Notes: a model not told the origin generated them from the letters alone. A stretch of 64,000 bases of DNA from Macrostomum lignano (GCA_002269645.1 NIVC01001686.1:147660-211659); one strand, 5' to 3'; positions 40,085 to 50,649 are shown, counted from the first letter of the stretch. Made by a program: numbers and translations.

Positions 40085-41845
40085 CCCCCGTGAGCCTTGA
40101 CATCTCAGCGATTCCCCCCGTGAGCCTTGACATCTCAGCAATTTCCCCAATAAGCCTTGACATCTCAGCAATTTCCCCAATGAGCCTTGACATCTCAGCA
40201 ATTTCCCCAATAAGCCTTGACATCTCAGCAATTTCCCCAATAAGCCTTGACATCTCAGCAATTTCCCCAATAAGCCTTGACATCTCAGCAATTTCCCCAA
40301 TGAGCCTTGACATCTCAGCAATTTCCCCAATAAGCCTTGACATCTCAGCGATTCCCCAATGAGCCTTGACATCTCAGCAATTTCCCCAATGAGCCTTGAC
40401 ATCTCAGCGATTCCCCCCGTGAGCCTTGACATCTCAGCAATTTCCCCAATAAGCCTTGACATCTCAGCGATTCCCCCAATAAGCCTTGACATCTCAGCAA
40501 TTTCCCCAATAAGCCTTGACATCTCAGCAATTCCCCCAATGAGCCTTGACATCTCAGCAATCTCCCTATGATCCTTGACATCTCAGCAATTTCCCCAATG
40601 AGCCTTGACATCTCAGCGATTCCCCCCGTGAGCCTTGACATCTCAGCAATACCCCCAATGAGCCTTGACATCTCAGCGATTCCCCGAATGAGCCTTGACA
40701 TCTCAGCAATTCTCCCTATGATCCTTGACATCTCAGCAAACCCCCAATGATCCTTGACATCTCAGCAATCCCCCTATGATCCTTGACATCTCAGCAATTC
40801 TCCCTATGATCCTTGACATCTCAGAAATTCTCCCTATGAGCCTTGACATCTCAGCAATTCTCCCTATGATCCTTGACATCTCAGCAATCCCCCAATGATC
40901 CTTGACATCTCAGCAATCCCCCTATGATCCTTGACATCTCAGCAATTCTCCCTATGATCCTTGACATCTCAGAAATTCTCCCTATGAGCCTTGACATCTC
41001 AGCAATACCCCCAATGAGCCTTGACATCTCAGCAATTCTCCCTATGAGCCTTGACATCTCAGCAATTCTCCCTATGAGCCTTGACATCTCAGAAATTCTC
41101 CCTATGAGCCTTGACATCTCAGCAATACCCCCAATGAGCCTTGACATCTCAGCGATTCCCCCAATGAGCCTTGACATCTCAGCAAACCCCCTATGATCCT
41201 TGACATCTCAGCAATTCTCCCTATGATCCTTGACATCTCAGCAAACCCTCTATGATCCTTGACATCTCAGCAATTTTCCCTATGATCCTTGACATCTCAG
41301 CAATCCCCCAATGATCCTTGACATCTCAGCAATCCCCCTATGATCCTTGACATCTCAGCAATTCTCCCTATGATCCTTGACATCTCAGAAATTCTCCCTA
41401 TGAGCCTTGGCATCTCAGCAATTCTCCCTATGATCCTTGACATCTCAGAAATTCTCCCTATGATCCTTGACATCTCAGCAATCCCCCAATGATCCTTGAC
41501 ATCTCAGCAATACCCCCAATGATCCTTGACATCTCAGCGATTCCCCCAATGAGCCTTGACATCTCAGCAATTCTCCCTATGATCCTTGACATCTCAGCAA
41601 ACCCCCAATGATCCTTGACATCTCAGCAATCCCCCTATGATCCTTGACATCTCAGCAATTCTCCCTATGAGCCTTGACATCTCAGCAATACCCCCAATGA
41701 GCCTTGACATCTCAGCAATTCTCCCTATGAGCCTTGACATCTCAGCAATTCTCCCTATGAGCCTTGACATCTCAACAATTCTTCCTATGAGCCTTGACAT
41801 CTCAACAATTCTTCCTATGAGCCTTGGCATCTCAGCGATTTCCCC
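40085..41845. repeat. 30-bp satellite, ~58 copies
   Basis: Unit gagccttgacatctcagcaatttccccaat and variants. Confidence 0.95.
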
Positions 41846-41938
41846 TACGGCCCTATGCGAAGCCTCTATCCGGCCCTATGGGGGGTTCCTTTCAAATTTT
41901 AAAATACTTCGCAATCCGGCTTGCTAAAGATTGGTATC

Positions 41939-41940
41939 TC

Positions 41941-42007
<67 letters not shown>
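41939..42007. repeat. (CT)n microsatellite
   Basis: Direct reading. Confidence 0.95.
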
Positions 42008-42011
<4 letters not shown>

Positions 42012-42097
42012 ATAACTATTAACTATTATTAGCACAAAATTCGAGCGATCTAGCTTCTTGATGCCAGAACAAGCTCTCCCAATGTTATATTTGCCTC

Positions 42098-42600
42098 TTT
42101 CCCACACCCCTGCGATCCCGGTATTCAGATTTCAGCCTTCTTGGATGTGCCGCACATGTTGAAGCTGATTCGAAACCAGTGGCAGTCCCTGGGAGCATTT
42201 TTTGGCCGGACAGAGTAAATATTGATTGGAAATATGTGTGCACGTTGCAGCAAGTGCAGGAAAGCCACGGACTCAGACTGGGCAATAAGCTGAGCAGGCA
42301 TCACATTACGAATAAAATGGCTCTAAGAGCTGTCAACGTACTATAATGCAGGCGCAGGTGTGCGAAGAATGTTGAAAGTTGTTGAATGTGAGCTCAGTGC
42401 AGGTCAGCTTTGACTGCCAGCTCGGAGATGTCACCAGTTTTTTGTGTCCCTTGCTCCCTTGTTGCCTTGAAAAATGTTTTGAACGAGAAAGGAACTGGCG
42501 GCTTGATTTTTCCCAGCAGCGATGTCTTTCATGTCTGATGTCTGAAAGAATTTTCACGTACAGGAAGGAGACAACTTTCGATCAGCGATATTTCCTAATT
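42098..42600 (+). pseudogene. P-element/THAP9-like transposase relic (internally deleted, frameshifted)
   Basis: FPHPCDPGIQISAFLDVPHMLKLIRN (D-x2-H-x2-K-x2-RN), IDWKYVCTLQQVQESHGLRLGNKLSRHHI, then CEEC and NEKGTGGLIFPSSDV, all typical P-transposase segments broken by stops and frameshifts. Confidence 0.75.
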
Positions 42601-42663
42601 TTTAAGTCCATTCGGAACCAGGTGGGCTGTTTTAAGCTCTTATTATTGTTTCTATTATATCTG

Positions 42664-43630
42664 TGTTGTATCCCCCTTCCTCGCTGGCACGGCCGGGTTG
42701 GGCGACGGGTAGCGGTGTCGGGGTTCGGGTACTAGACTGCCCAGGGCTTACGAGCTCGATCGGCGACCCCGAGGCGTACGGACACTTCGGGGGGAGGTCA
42801 AGGTTGAGAAGTCGAGAGAGAGGGGAGGGGCGGCTGTGGGCGGGCGGCCACTCGACAGCCTGGTGAGTCAAGGAAGAGAGAGAGGGCTGCGGGCGGTCGG
42901 CCACTCGACAGCCTGGTGAGTCAAGGAAAAGAGAGAGGGCTGTGGGCGGGCGGCCACTCGACAGCCTGGTGAGTCAAGGAAGAGAGAGAGGGCTGCGGGC
43001 GGTCGGCCACTCGACAGCCTGGTGAGTCAAGGAAAAGAGAGAGTGAGAGAGAGAGAGATCAGGAGAGCGACCCCGAGGAACACAGGCAATTGTCTCGACA
43101 GCTTACCGGGCCGGGTCGATTATAGCACTCATACACGGGAAGGCCGATCGATTGCAATAAATTGAGTCTTCGCAGTAAGAGACCGTCTCTACGGTTGATC
43201 GCTGGTCACGTTCGTTTATTTATCGCGGTGGGCGCAAATGGGCGCAGGCACGGTGAGAAAAGGGGCGGGGTCTGAGCGTCGCCTTAAATAACGAGTAAAA
43301 AGGGGCAGGGGCGCAAACAAGGGGGGGGAGAAAGGGCTTAAACAATGGAGCTGATTGACAGCTGATTGGCTGCGGCGAGGGGAGGGTGGAAGCGCGCACG
43401 GCCAGGGAGAGGGAGAGAGAGCAGAGGCCCAGCCAATCAGCACGGCTAGCCAAAGGGCTAAACAGCCAAGGCGAGAGAGAGAGAGAAAGAGAGCAGAGGC
43501 TCAGCCAAAGGGCTCATAGCTCCAGACTGGCTTGAGCCGGGGGGGGGGGGGTAACAATAATCAACTACCAAAGTCAACAACTATCAAAGTGCACTTGCAC
43601 CAGGGGAGCACTGTGACACAGGTCACAACA
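42664..43630 (-). mobile_element. 3' LTR (~967 bp) of the Gypsy element
   Basis: TGTTGT...ACAACA termini. On the minus strand it is directly preceded by the PPT AGGGGGGAGGG (plus 43631-43641) and contains CCAAT-like boxes, TATTTAA (~43285) and AATAAA (~43215). Confidence 0.85.
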
Positions 43631-43719
43631 CCCTCCCCCCTAAAAAAAAGAAAACGACGCGCTTTGACTGAATGAAAATGAAAAAAAAATGTAATGAAAT
43701 GAAACTGAATGAAAGAGAC

Positions 43720-44140
43720 CAAGAGTGTCAGGCAGCGGCCGAGAGCGCAGGACAGGGGCCGAGGATGTCGGACAGGCCGAGAACACCGGGCACGGCCGAG
43801 AATGCCGGACTGTGGCCGAAAACGCCGGGCATGGCCGAGAATGCCGGACAGCGACCGAGAATGCCGGGCAGCGGCCGAGAACGCCTGGCATGGCCGAGAA
43901 TGCCGGACAGCGGCCGAGAATGCCGGGCAGCGACCGAGAACGCCGGGCATGGCCGAGAACGCCGGGCATGGCCGAGAGTGCCGGACAGCGGCCGAGAATG
44001 CCGGGCAGCGGCCGAGAATGCCGGGCAGCGACCGAGAACGCCGGGCATGGCCGAGAGTGCCGGACAGCGGCCGAGAATGCCGGGCAGCGGCCGAGAATGC
44101 CGGGCAACGACCGAGAGCGCCGGGCATGGCCGAGAGTGTT
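43720..44140. repeat. GC-rich ~20-bp tandem repeat in the Gypsy 3' non-coding region
   Basis: ggccgagaatgccgggcagc-type units. Confidence 0.9.
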
Positions 44141-44268
44141 CCCCGCCCTTCCTTCGGGGCCGCTCCCAGTGCCAAACAGAGGGATCACAACGACGATCAG
44201 AGGAGAGATGGGATGAAATGAAGGAGTGAAGGTCTCTTGCCCGCCCTGGCATCCTGCCCCAGAACCCC

Positions 44269-45150
44269 CTAGACCGCCACCTCCGCCGCCCGGCGCAACA
44301 ACCCCAACACGCGTCCTCCGTCGATTAGTTCAAACTGAGGGATCGCAACACTCATGACGAACCGAGTGCTTCGCTTGAAGGCAGGCCGCCGCCAGACACG
44401 CCGAGCATGACCCCGACACTTGGCGCTGATGTCACGGAGAATGAACTTGACAGTCTGAGCCAAAAGCTCGGCGATTTCGCGTCGATGATCCAGCCGCTCG
44501 CTGCCGCACAGTCCCACCATTTCAGTCAAAAGCCGGAACATCGCAGCTGGACTCCCCGACAACAAAGCGTGCCGAAGCTCCGACCGGATTCGAGCTCTTC
44601 GCTGCGTTGCCTCCCCGCTCCAGGTGTATTCCACCTCGGTACTCGGCTCGCTCCTCATCAGCCACGCTGGCGACTCCCGTTGGTCGATGACGAGCTCCGG
44701 TTCGTCTTCTGACATCGAAGTTTCGCCGTCGGATTCATTCAAGAGCTCTTCTTCCTCTGACTGCGTGATTTCACAGCAGCTCTGAGCAGTCTCCTCGCCG
44801 CCGCAACCACCACGCTCGCTTCCTTCCGACTCCCTGTCCTCGTCTGACTCTTCTGTTTCGTCTTCAATCGTTACGACAAACTCCTCCGGGACGCACATCC
44901 CATCCGGCGGGACAAAATACCGGGCGCACTCGAGCGGGTTGCTAACGGCATCCTGCCCGAACCGGTCGTACAGCGCTCGTCGAAACGGACACAGCAGGAC
45001 CGCACTCGCATGCTGCAGCCTCTGGAAATTCTCCGTTCCACCGGGTCCACACTTGTCGGGGTGCCGTCGCAGGCTCTCACGGCGGTACGCACGTCGCAGC
45101 TCCTCCTCCGTCGCGAAGGGGCTGACACCAAACTCGGCGTAGAGGTCCAT
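44269..45150 (-). CDS. J-domain (DnaJ/Hsp40-type) accessory protein, 293 aa, inside the Gypsy element
   Basis: MDLYAEFGVSPFATEEELRRAYRRESLRRHPDKCGPGGTENFQRLQHASAVLLCPFRRALYDRFG shows all four J-domain helices and the HPD motif, followed by an acidic linker and a helical C-terminal region. Intronless and sense to pol. Confidence 0.88.
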   Translation of the reverse strand: MDLYAEFGVSPFATEEELRRAYRRESLRRHPDKCGPGGTENFQRLQHASAVLLCPFRRALYDRFGQDAVSNPLECARYFVPPDGMCVPEEFVVTIEDETEESDEDRESEGSERGGCGGEETAQSCCEITQSEEEELLNESDGETSMSEDEPELVIDQRESPAWLMRSEPSTEVEYTWSGEATQRRARIRSELRHALLSGSPAAMFRLLTEMVGLCGSERLDHRREIAELLAQTVKFILRDISAKCRGHARRVWRRPAFKRSTRFVMSVAIPQFELIDGGRVLGLLRRAAEVAV

Positions 45151-45359
45151 GCCCGGAAAGCAGTGCCTGCAACAACCACGACTCACTTTTGAGAGCAGGG
45201 CAATGGTTCCTTCGAGCCTCTTTGGGGCGCCGATCCTTCATCCCTGATGGCAGGGTTGGGCAGGTGGGACCTCCACTGACGGGCCTTAAGAGGGGAAATA
45301 TATATTTTTGTTTGTGAAGCAGAGGCAATAACACGAGCCCAGTTTTCAATAACGCGGGT

Positions 45360-45545
45360 GATGACGCAGACGATGCTTCGAACCAAATGTTGATGACGCA
45401 GGTGATGACGCGGATGATGCTTCGAACCAAATGTTGATGACGCAGGTGATGACGCGGATGATGCTTCGAACCAAATGTTGATGACGCAGGTGATGACGCG
45501 GATGATGCTTCGAACCAATTATTTATGACGCAGGAGATGACGCGA
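45360..45545. repeat. 44-bp tandem repeat (~4 copies) rich in TGACG, between the pol stop and the J ORF
   Basis: Unit gatgacgcggatgatgcttcgaaccaaatgttgatgacgcaggt. Confidence 0.9.
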
Positions 45546-45571
45546 CATTGCGCACGCACTCACGTCCGCTC

Positions 45572-48500
45572 TTAATAATAAACGGGCGTTCCATAACGCT
45601 GCGGAACCCTTCGATCCCTCTGGGGTCGACCTTCGATGACTTCAACTGGCGCTTCCGGCTGCGGCTGCACTCCTGGCTGCTGCACATCCATTGGTTCTCC
45701 CTCCTCTCGAACCCGCCCGGAATGTCGCCACCATCGCTCCTCATCCTCATCGTCCGATTCCTGCGAGTCCTCCCTGACGGATTCCGTCTCTTGAGCAGGA
45801 CCTGGGTGGTACCTCCTTGGTGCAGGACGCCGAGGGCCACCGGTGCCGTCGACCGGGTACTTCCGGTACCGAGGCAGGAGGTTGTTAAAGTGCACCACCT
45901 TGATCGGCTTCCGTCGACCTTCCTGTCGAATCCTATAGCGCGTCTCCGACAGCTTCTCGAGAACTACGGCAGGTCCGGTCCAGGGTGAGTGGAGCTTCGC
46001 TTTGGCACCGGCCTTCAACACGGGGTTGTAGACGAACACCTCGTCGCCAGCCACGAATTCTCGACCCTTCACCTTCCGGTCGTACCAGTCTTTCTGCACT
46101 CGTTGATATGACGTTATTCTCTCACGCACCACCCGATGGGCTTCCACGAGCGTCTCCCGCAGGTTCTGGACTTCCTCGCAGTACGGTTCGATGTCCAGTG
46201 GGCGCGCCACTCCCAAGTCAACTGGCAGAGACATCTCGCGACCATGCAGAAGGAAGAAGGGTGAGTAGCCGGTGCCGCGGTGCACACTGGAGCGATACGC
46301 CATGAGCGCCGGGGCAACGAATTCGTCCCACCGCCTCTGATCCGGCTCCTTCACCAGGTGCGCCCGGATCACTGCAGTCAGCGTCTTATTGAAGCTTTCC
46401 ACTTGGCCGTTTCCAGAGGGGTGATAGGCGGTCGTACGCGTCTTTCGGATATTCAGACTTTCGCACAGCTGGCCGATCAATTGCGACTCGAAATTGGCTC
46501 CCTGATCCGAGTGGATTGTTCCTGGGGCTCCGTAGTGACAGACCCACTCCTCGAGCATTGCCCTTGCACAGGTGCTGGCCGTCTGATCTGGCACCGGTAC
46601 TGCCACTGGCCACTTACTGAACGCGTCCTGCATCGTCAGTATGTATTTGTTGCCTCGGACGCTGGTTGGCAGTGGTCCAATCAAATCCACCATCACTCTT
46701 TCAAACACATGGCTGCTGGGAATCGGCTCCAATGGGGCCTTCCGCCGCATCCCGGGCTTGCTCCGGTTACAGTCGTCACACCTTCGCACAAACTCCTCGA
46801 CCTCTCGCTTCAAGCCGGGTCTCCAGAATCGGTTCCTGACTTTCTCCAGAGTCTTTGCTACGCCGAAGTGTCCACCTCCTGGTCCAGAGTGCAGCGTCTG
46901 CAGAGCGTCGGGGATCAATTTCTTCGGGAGAACAGCCCGCGGTGGGTGACGTCCCAGATCCTTGATGACGAGGGTGTTGTCCACAATTTCCAGCCGAGGC
47001 TTTTGTGCCCAGATGGCTCGGGTCGTTGGTGACGCACCCCGAGGTGGCTCTTCGTTTGCTCGGCCGGCGTGCATCGACTGGTAAACTGGAGCGATGTCGT
47101 TGTCCACAGCTTGTGCTGCTGCCAGCTCATCTCGGCTGAGCAACCCGAGCAGCGTCGTTACCCTGACCCCGGGGAGGTCATCAGTCCGGCACGACGGGCA
47201 GTTATCCATTTCGGGATGTCGTCGCGTCGGCTTGCGTGACAGCGCGTCCGCATTCTGATGACGCGCCCCTGGCCGATGCTCCACTGCGAAGTCGAATGGC
47301 GCCAACCTCTCCATCCACCGAGCCAACTGGCCTTCCGGCTGCCTCATACTTCGGAGCCACTGCAGACTTGCGTGGTCGGTGCGCACCCGGAACCTCCGGC
47401 CAAGTAGATAGTACCGGAACCTCTCTGCGAATGTCACCAGCGCCAGGAGCTCGATTCGTGTCGTGCAATAGTTGAATTCGGCCCCTTGCAGACGCCGACT
47501 CCCGTACGCAATAACCCGCTCTGACCCGTCTTCTTGTACCTGCGACAAGACTGCTCCGAGACCCTGTCGGGTACTTCCATCGGTATCCAAGATGAACTCA
47601 CCAGCCGTGGGGTCGAAGTTCGGGTAGGCCATCACGCGGCAACCGGTCAATTCTTCTTTCAGCTTTTTGAAGGCCTCATCGTGTTCCTCTCTCCAACTGA
47701 ACGGCTTGTCTTTCTTTGTCAGATCAAAAAGTGGTGCAGCGACTATCGAGAATTCTGGTATGAAGTTTCGGTAGTAACCAGCCAGACCCAGGAACGACTG
47801 AAGGTCTTTTGCATTTCTTGGAATGCTCCAGTCACGGACTTCCTTGATCTTCTCCGGGTCGACATCGATTCCGTCCTTTGACACGACGTGGCCAAGGAAT
47901 TTGACCTCATCGGCCAGGAATCTGCACTTAGATGGCTTTAGCCTCAAGTTGGCTGCGCGCAGGCGCTGGAATACCGCCTCGAGATTCGTTAGATGCTCGC
48001 TGACAGTTCGGGACCAAATGATGATATCGTCGATGTAGACGAGCGCCATTTTCCACAGAAGGTCGTGTAGTACCATATTCATCAACCTTGTGAATGTCGC
48101 CGGCGCATTGGTCAATCCGAAGGGCAGCACCTTGAACGCGAATTGCCCCCGATGCGGAATGACAAAAGCAGTCTTTTCTTGATCCTCCCTTTTGACCTTA
48201 ACTTGCCAATAGCCGGAGCAAAGGTCGAGCGTCGAAAATACAGCCGCACCTCCGAGCGCTTCAAGTGCGTCATCGACACGCGGGATTGCTATGGCGTCCT
48301 TGACAGTTCGTTGATTCAACTCTCTGTAGTCGACACACAGTCGCAGTTCCCCATTCTTCTTACGGACACAGACCACTGGCGAACTCCACGGCGATTGGGT
48401 CGGTTCAATCATCTTCGTTGCCAAAAGCTCGTCGATTTGTCGGTCGACTTCGCCGCGCCAATGTGGCGGTAGCCGTCGCGGAGGCTGTTTTACGGCTGTT

Positions 48501-49390
48501 CCGGTGGTCTCAATTTCATGCTGCACGATGTCCGTCGTCCCGAGGCGCGCTGTACTCTCTGCGAAAACATCTGCGTATCGATTCACCAATCTTAGGAAAC
48601 TCGCTTTGTCTGCCCCCGTGAGCTGCTTGGAGCCGTGCTGGTTCAGTGCCGCCTCTGGGTCCCATGGATCGCAGCTGGGTCGTAAAACCGACGCTTGCTC
48701 TTCGATGCTGGCTACCAGAACCTCTTGAGCCGGATCTGATGGTCGAAACCAGCCGATGACAGCTCCCTTCCGCAGCCGCAGCTCGGAGTCCGTGACATTC
48801 GCGAAGTGAACTGGTAGGGTGTTGCCCTGCTGGATGAGGCAGACGCTCCTGGCTAGCATTGGTCTCTCATCGCTCTTCAGTTTTTCGTCTGGCTCGGCGA
48901 CGCCGAGCACTCCGGAATTCTGTGTCGCTGTTCTCCGAATCCTGGCTGAGACGGTCCGTTCGTGATTGGCCGGAATGATCAAGTTTTCGTTCAGGTACAA
49001 CCGGCAGACGACTGGTTTGTGCTTGGTCTCTCGGATTGGCACACGTGAACCGTTCACGCGGAAAACTCCTCCGGCGAAATCGATTTGGCACCGGTGGCGG
49101 CGTAAGAAGTCGGTGCCTAGCAACAGTTCGTAGCCGACCCCTTGGACCACCGCAATTGGCGTCTGTAAAGTTTCTGATCCGAACTGTAGGGGAAGCGACG
49201 CGCATCCTAACACATTCATGGGAGTTCCGTTCGCTGAGATCAGGTGGGTTTCCGAAGGGCTGAGTTCAACTCGAACCGACTTGCTCAACTGCCGCCAGGT
49301 CCTCTCGTTCACCAGCGACATGACCGAGCCCGAATCCAACAGACACGGCAACTCAATCTCGCCAATTTTTACCGACACGTAGATTGACAC
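45572..49390 (-). CDS. pol: Gypsy Pol polyprotein (PR-RT-RNaseH-IN), intact, translated via a -1 frameshift from gag
   Basis: PR LLDSGS; RT LDLCSGYWQ, LPFGLTNAPATF, YIDD; RH ILDTDGS, ELLA, TDH; IN HSGPGGGH..CDDC, VDLIGP, HSDQG, NGQVESFN; C-terminal GPY/F-like WTGP. Confidence 0.97.
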   Translation of the reverse strand: MSIYVSVKIGEIELPCLLDSGSVMSLVNERTWRQLSKSVRVELSPSETHLISANGTPMNVLGCASLPLQFGSETLQTPIAVVQGVGYELLLGTDFLRRHRCQIDFAGGVFRVNGSRVPIRETKHKPVVCRLYLNENLIIPANHERTVSARIRRTATQNSGVLGVAEPDEKLKSDERPMLARSVCLIQQGNTLPVHFANVTDSELRLRKGAVIGWFRPSDPAQEVLVASIEEQASVLRPSCDPWDPEAALNQHGSKQLTGADKASFLRLVNRYADVFAESTARLGTTDIVQHEIETTGTAVKQPPRRLPPHWRGEVDRQIDELLATKMIEPTQSPWSSPVVCVRKKNGELRLCVDYRELNQRTVKDAIAIPRVDDALEALGGAAVFSTLDLCSGYWQVKVKREDQEKTAFVIPHRGQFAFKVLPFGLTNAPATFTRLMNMVLHDLLWKMALVYIDDIIIWSRTVSEHLTNLEAVFQRLRAANLRLKPSKCRFLADEVKFLGHVVSKDGIDVDPEKIKEVRDWSIPRNAKDLQSFLGLAGYYRNFIPEFSIVAAPLFDLTKKDKPFSWREEHDEAFKKLKEELTGCRVMAYPNFDPTAGEFILDTDGSTRQGLGAVLSQVQEDGSERVIAYGSRRLQGAEFNYCTTRIELLALVTFAERFRYYLLGRRFRVRTDHASLQWLRSMRQPEGQLARWMERLAPFDFAVEHRPGARHQNADALSRKPTRRHPEMDNCPSCRTDDLPGVRVTTLLGLLSRDELAAAQAVDNDIAPVYQSMHAGRANEEPPRGASPTTRAIWAQKPRLEIVDNTLVIKDLGRHPPRAVLPKKLIPDALQTLHSGPGGGHFGVAKTLEKVRNRFWRPGLKREVEEFVRRCDDCNRSKPGMRRKAPLEPIPSSHVFERVMVDLIGPLPTSVRGNKYILTMQDAFSKWPVAVPVPDQTASTCARAMLEEWVCHYGAPGTIHSDQGANFESQLIGQLCESLNIRKTRTTAYHPSGNGQVESFNKTLTAVIRAHLVKEPDQRRWDEFVAPALMAYRSSVHRGTGYSPFFLLHGREMSLPVDLGVARPLDIEPYCEEVQNLRETLVEAHRVVRERITSYQRVQKDWYDRKVKGREFVAGDEVFVYNPVLKAGAKAKLHSPWTGPAVVLEKLSETRYRIRQEGRRKPIKVVHFNNLLPRYRKYPVDGTGGPRRPAPRRYHPGPAQETESVREDSQESDDEDEERWWRHSGRVREEGEPMDVQQPGVQPQPEAPVEVIEGRPQRDRRVPQRYGTPVYY

Positions 49391-49489
49391 GGGATTAAAA
49401 GCTGTTGCAGGTTGATCTCTATCTCTTGAGCAGTCCGCCGGACATCCTGCTGCACGTCGCTCCGGGGCTGCATCTTCGTCTCGGGTTGG

Positions 49490-49549
49490 GGCCTCTACTG
49501 TCTCGGCGGAACTCCCTCGCCCCTGCGGAAGTTCCCCTTGCCGTTTCCC
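49490..49549 (-). other. -1 ribosomal frameshift signal (G GGA AAC + stem/pseudoknot)
   Basis: Heptamer at plus 49543-49549 in X XXY YYZ phase; the -1 frame stays open into pol; GGAACTTCC/GGGAGTTCC stem begins 7 nt downstream. Confidence 0.75.
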
Positions 49550-49988
49550 TGTTGCTGACGGGTTGGGCAGTTAGTCGCGATGTGCCCTGGCTTGTTGCAG
49601 AAGAAGCAGCGAATTCCTCCCGTTCGTCGAGGCTTCTGATGGTCGCCTTCGTCGGAGTCGGTCGGTCGAGCTGCGGCGCTGCTATGCGGTTCCGCTCTCA
49701 GCGACTCGAGCTGAACCACTTTGCCTTGAAGCTGCCTCACCAGTTTCTTCAACTCCTCGAGCTCTTTGTCCTTTTCTTGGGAGTAGGCTCCATCCTCCCG
49801 AGGCACAGATTCCGCCGCGCCGCTCACCACGAAGACTCCTCGGTGGCCGCTGCCAGTTGCTCCAGCCGATCTCGGTCCCTTCGCCGCCTTGGACGCCGCC
49901 TCGAGCTGCCTCACCGCGCGTTGTGCTGCCACCAGACCTTCGGGCTGCTGCAGGTAGAGCTTCTCTCGCTGGAGGTCGGAGAGTCTCA
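49495..49988 (-). CDS. gag: Gypsy Gag, C-terminal portion (5' part displaced by the transposon insertion)
   Basis: CFFCNKPGHIATNC zinc knuckle preceded by a coiled coil; sequence character changes abruptly at 49989. Confidence 0.85.
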
Positions 49989-50649
49989 CCCGATTGAAAA
50001 TCCGTCGGCACTCCGAGTGCCGATCGGCACTGCCTGTCGGCAGTCAGGGTCGATTTGACTGCCGATCGGCACTCAGTATCGGCACTGAGTGCCGACCGGG
50101 TAGTGCCGACTGTCGGCACTACCCGTCGGTACTGCCCGTCGGCACTGCCCAGTAGTGCCGACATGTCGGCACTACCCGTCGGCACTGCTCGTCGGCACTG
50201 CCCAGTAGTGCCGACATGTCGGCACTACCCGTCGGTACTGCCCGTCGGCACTGCCCAGTAGTGCCGACATGTCGGCACTACCCGTCGGCACTGCCCGTCG
50301 GCACTGCCCAGTAGTGCCGACATGTCGGCACTACCCGTCGGCACTGCTCGTCGGCACTACCCGTCGGCACTGTCGATATGTCTTTATCTGTCCCCATGTT
50401 CTCTTAATTTTCTATGCGTCTAATTTCATGCTATTTTGGCAAGTGTCCCACACAAAATAAATCAGGAACTGCATTGGCTAAAGTATCCAACAAAGCCCAC
50501 GCTTCAATATGCGACGTTTCGATTCATAGCGACCCTTCATTGATTTTGTTGCAAACGTTATACGGCATTGGCGGATAGAAGTCGTACAGAGATGTAGCAG
50601 ATATTGCCATGAATTCAGGTTGTGAGCAAAGGCTACTACCGACATGACT

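Larger units (their letters stand above)
42664..49988 (-). mobile_element. Ty3/Gypsy LTR retrotransposon, visible 3' part (gag C-terminus, pol, accessory J-domain ORF, PPT, 3' LTR)
   Basis: Domain order is CCHC knuckle, PR, RT, RH, IN; PPT and LTR present; gag is cut at 49988 by the CMC element. Confidence 0.92.

Noticed and set aside
40008-41927. Multiple SLDISAISP ORFs
   Set aside because: 30-bp satellite artefact.
43557-43630. Alternative LTR boundary at GGGGTAACA (~43557)
   Set aside because: No adjacent PPT; the 43630 boundary has both the PPT and a TGTTGT/ACAACA match.
49405-50058. Antisense ORFs overlapping gag/pol and the transposase (e.g. 49405-50058, 53021-53911)
   Set aside because: Shadow ORFs of GC-rich coding sequence.
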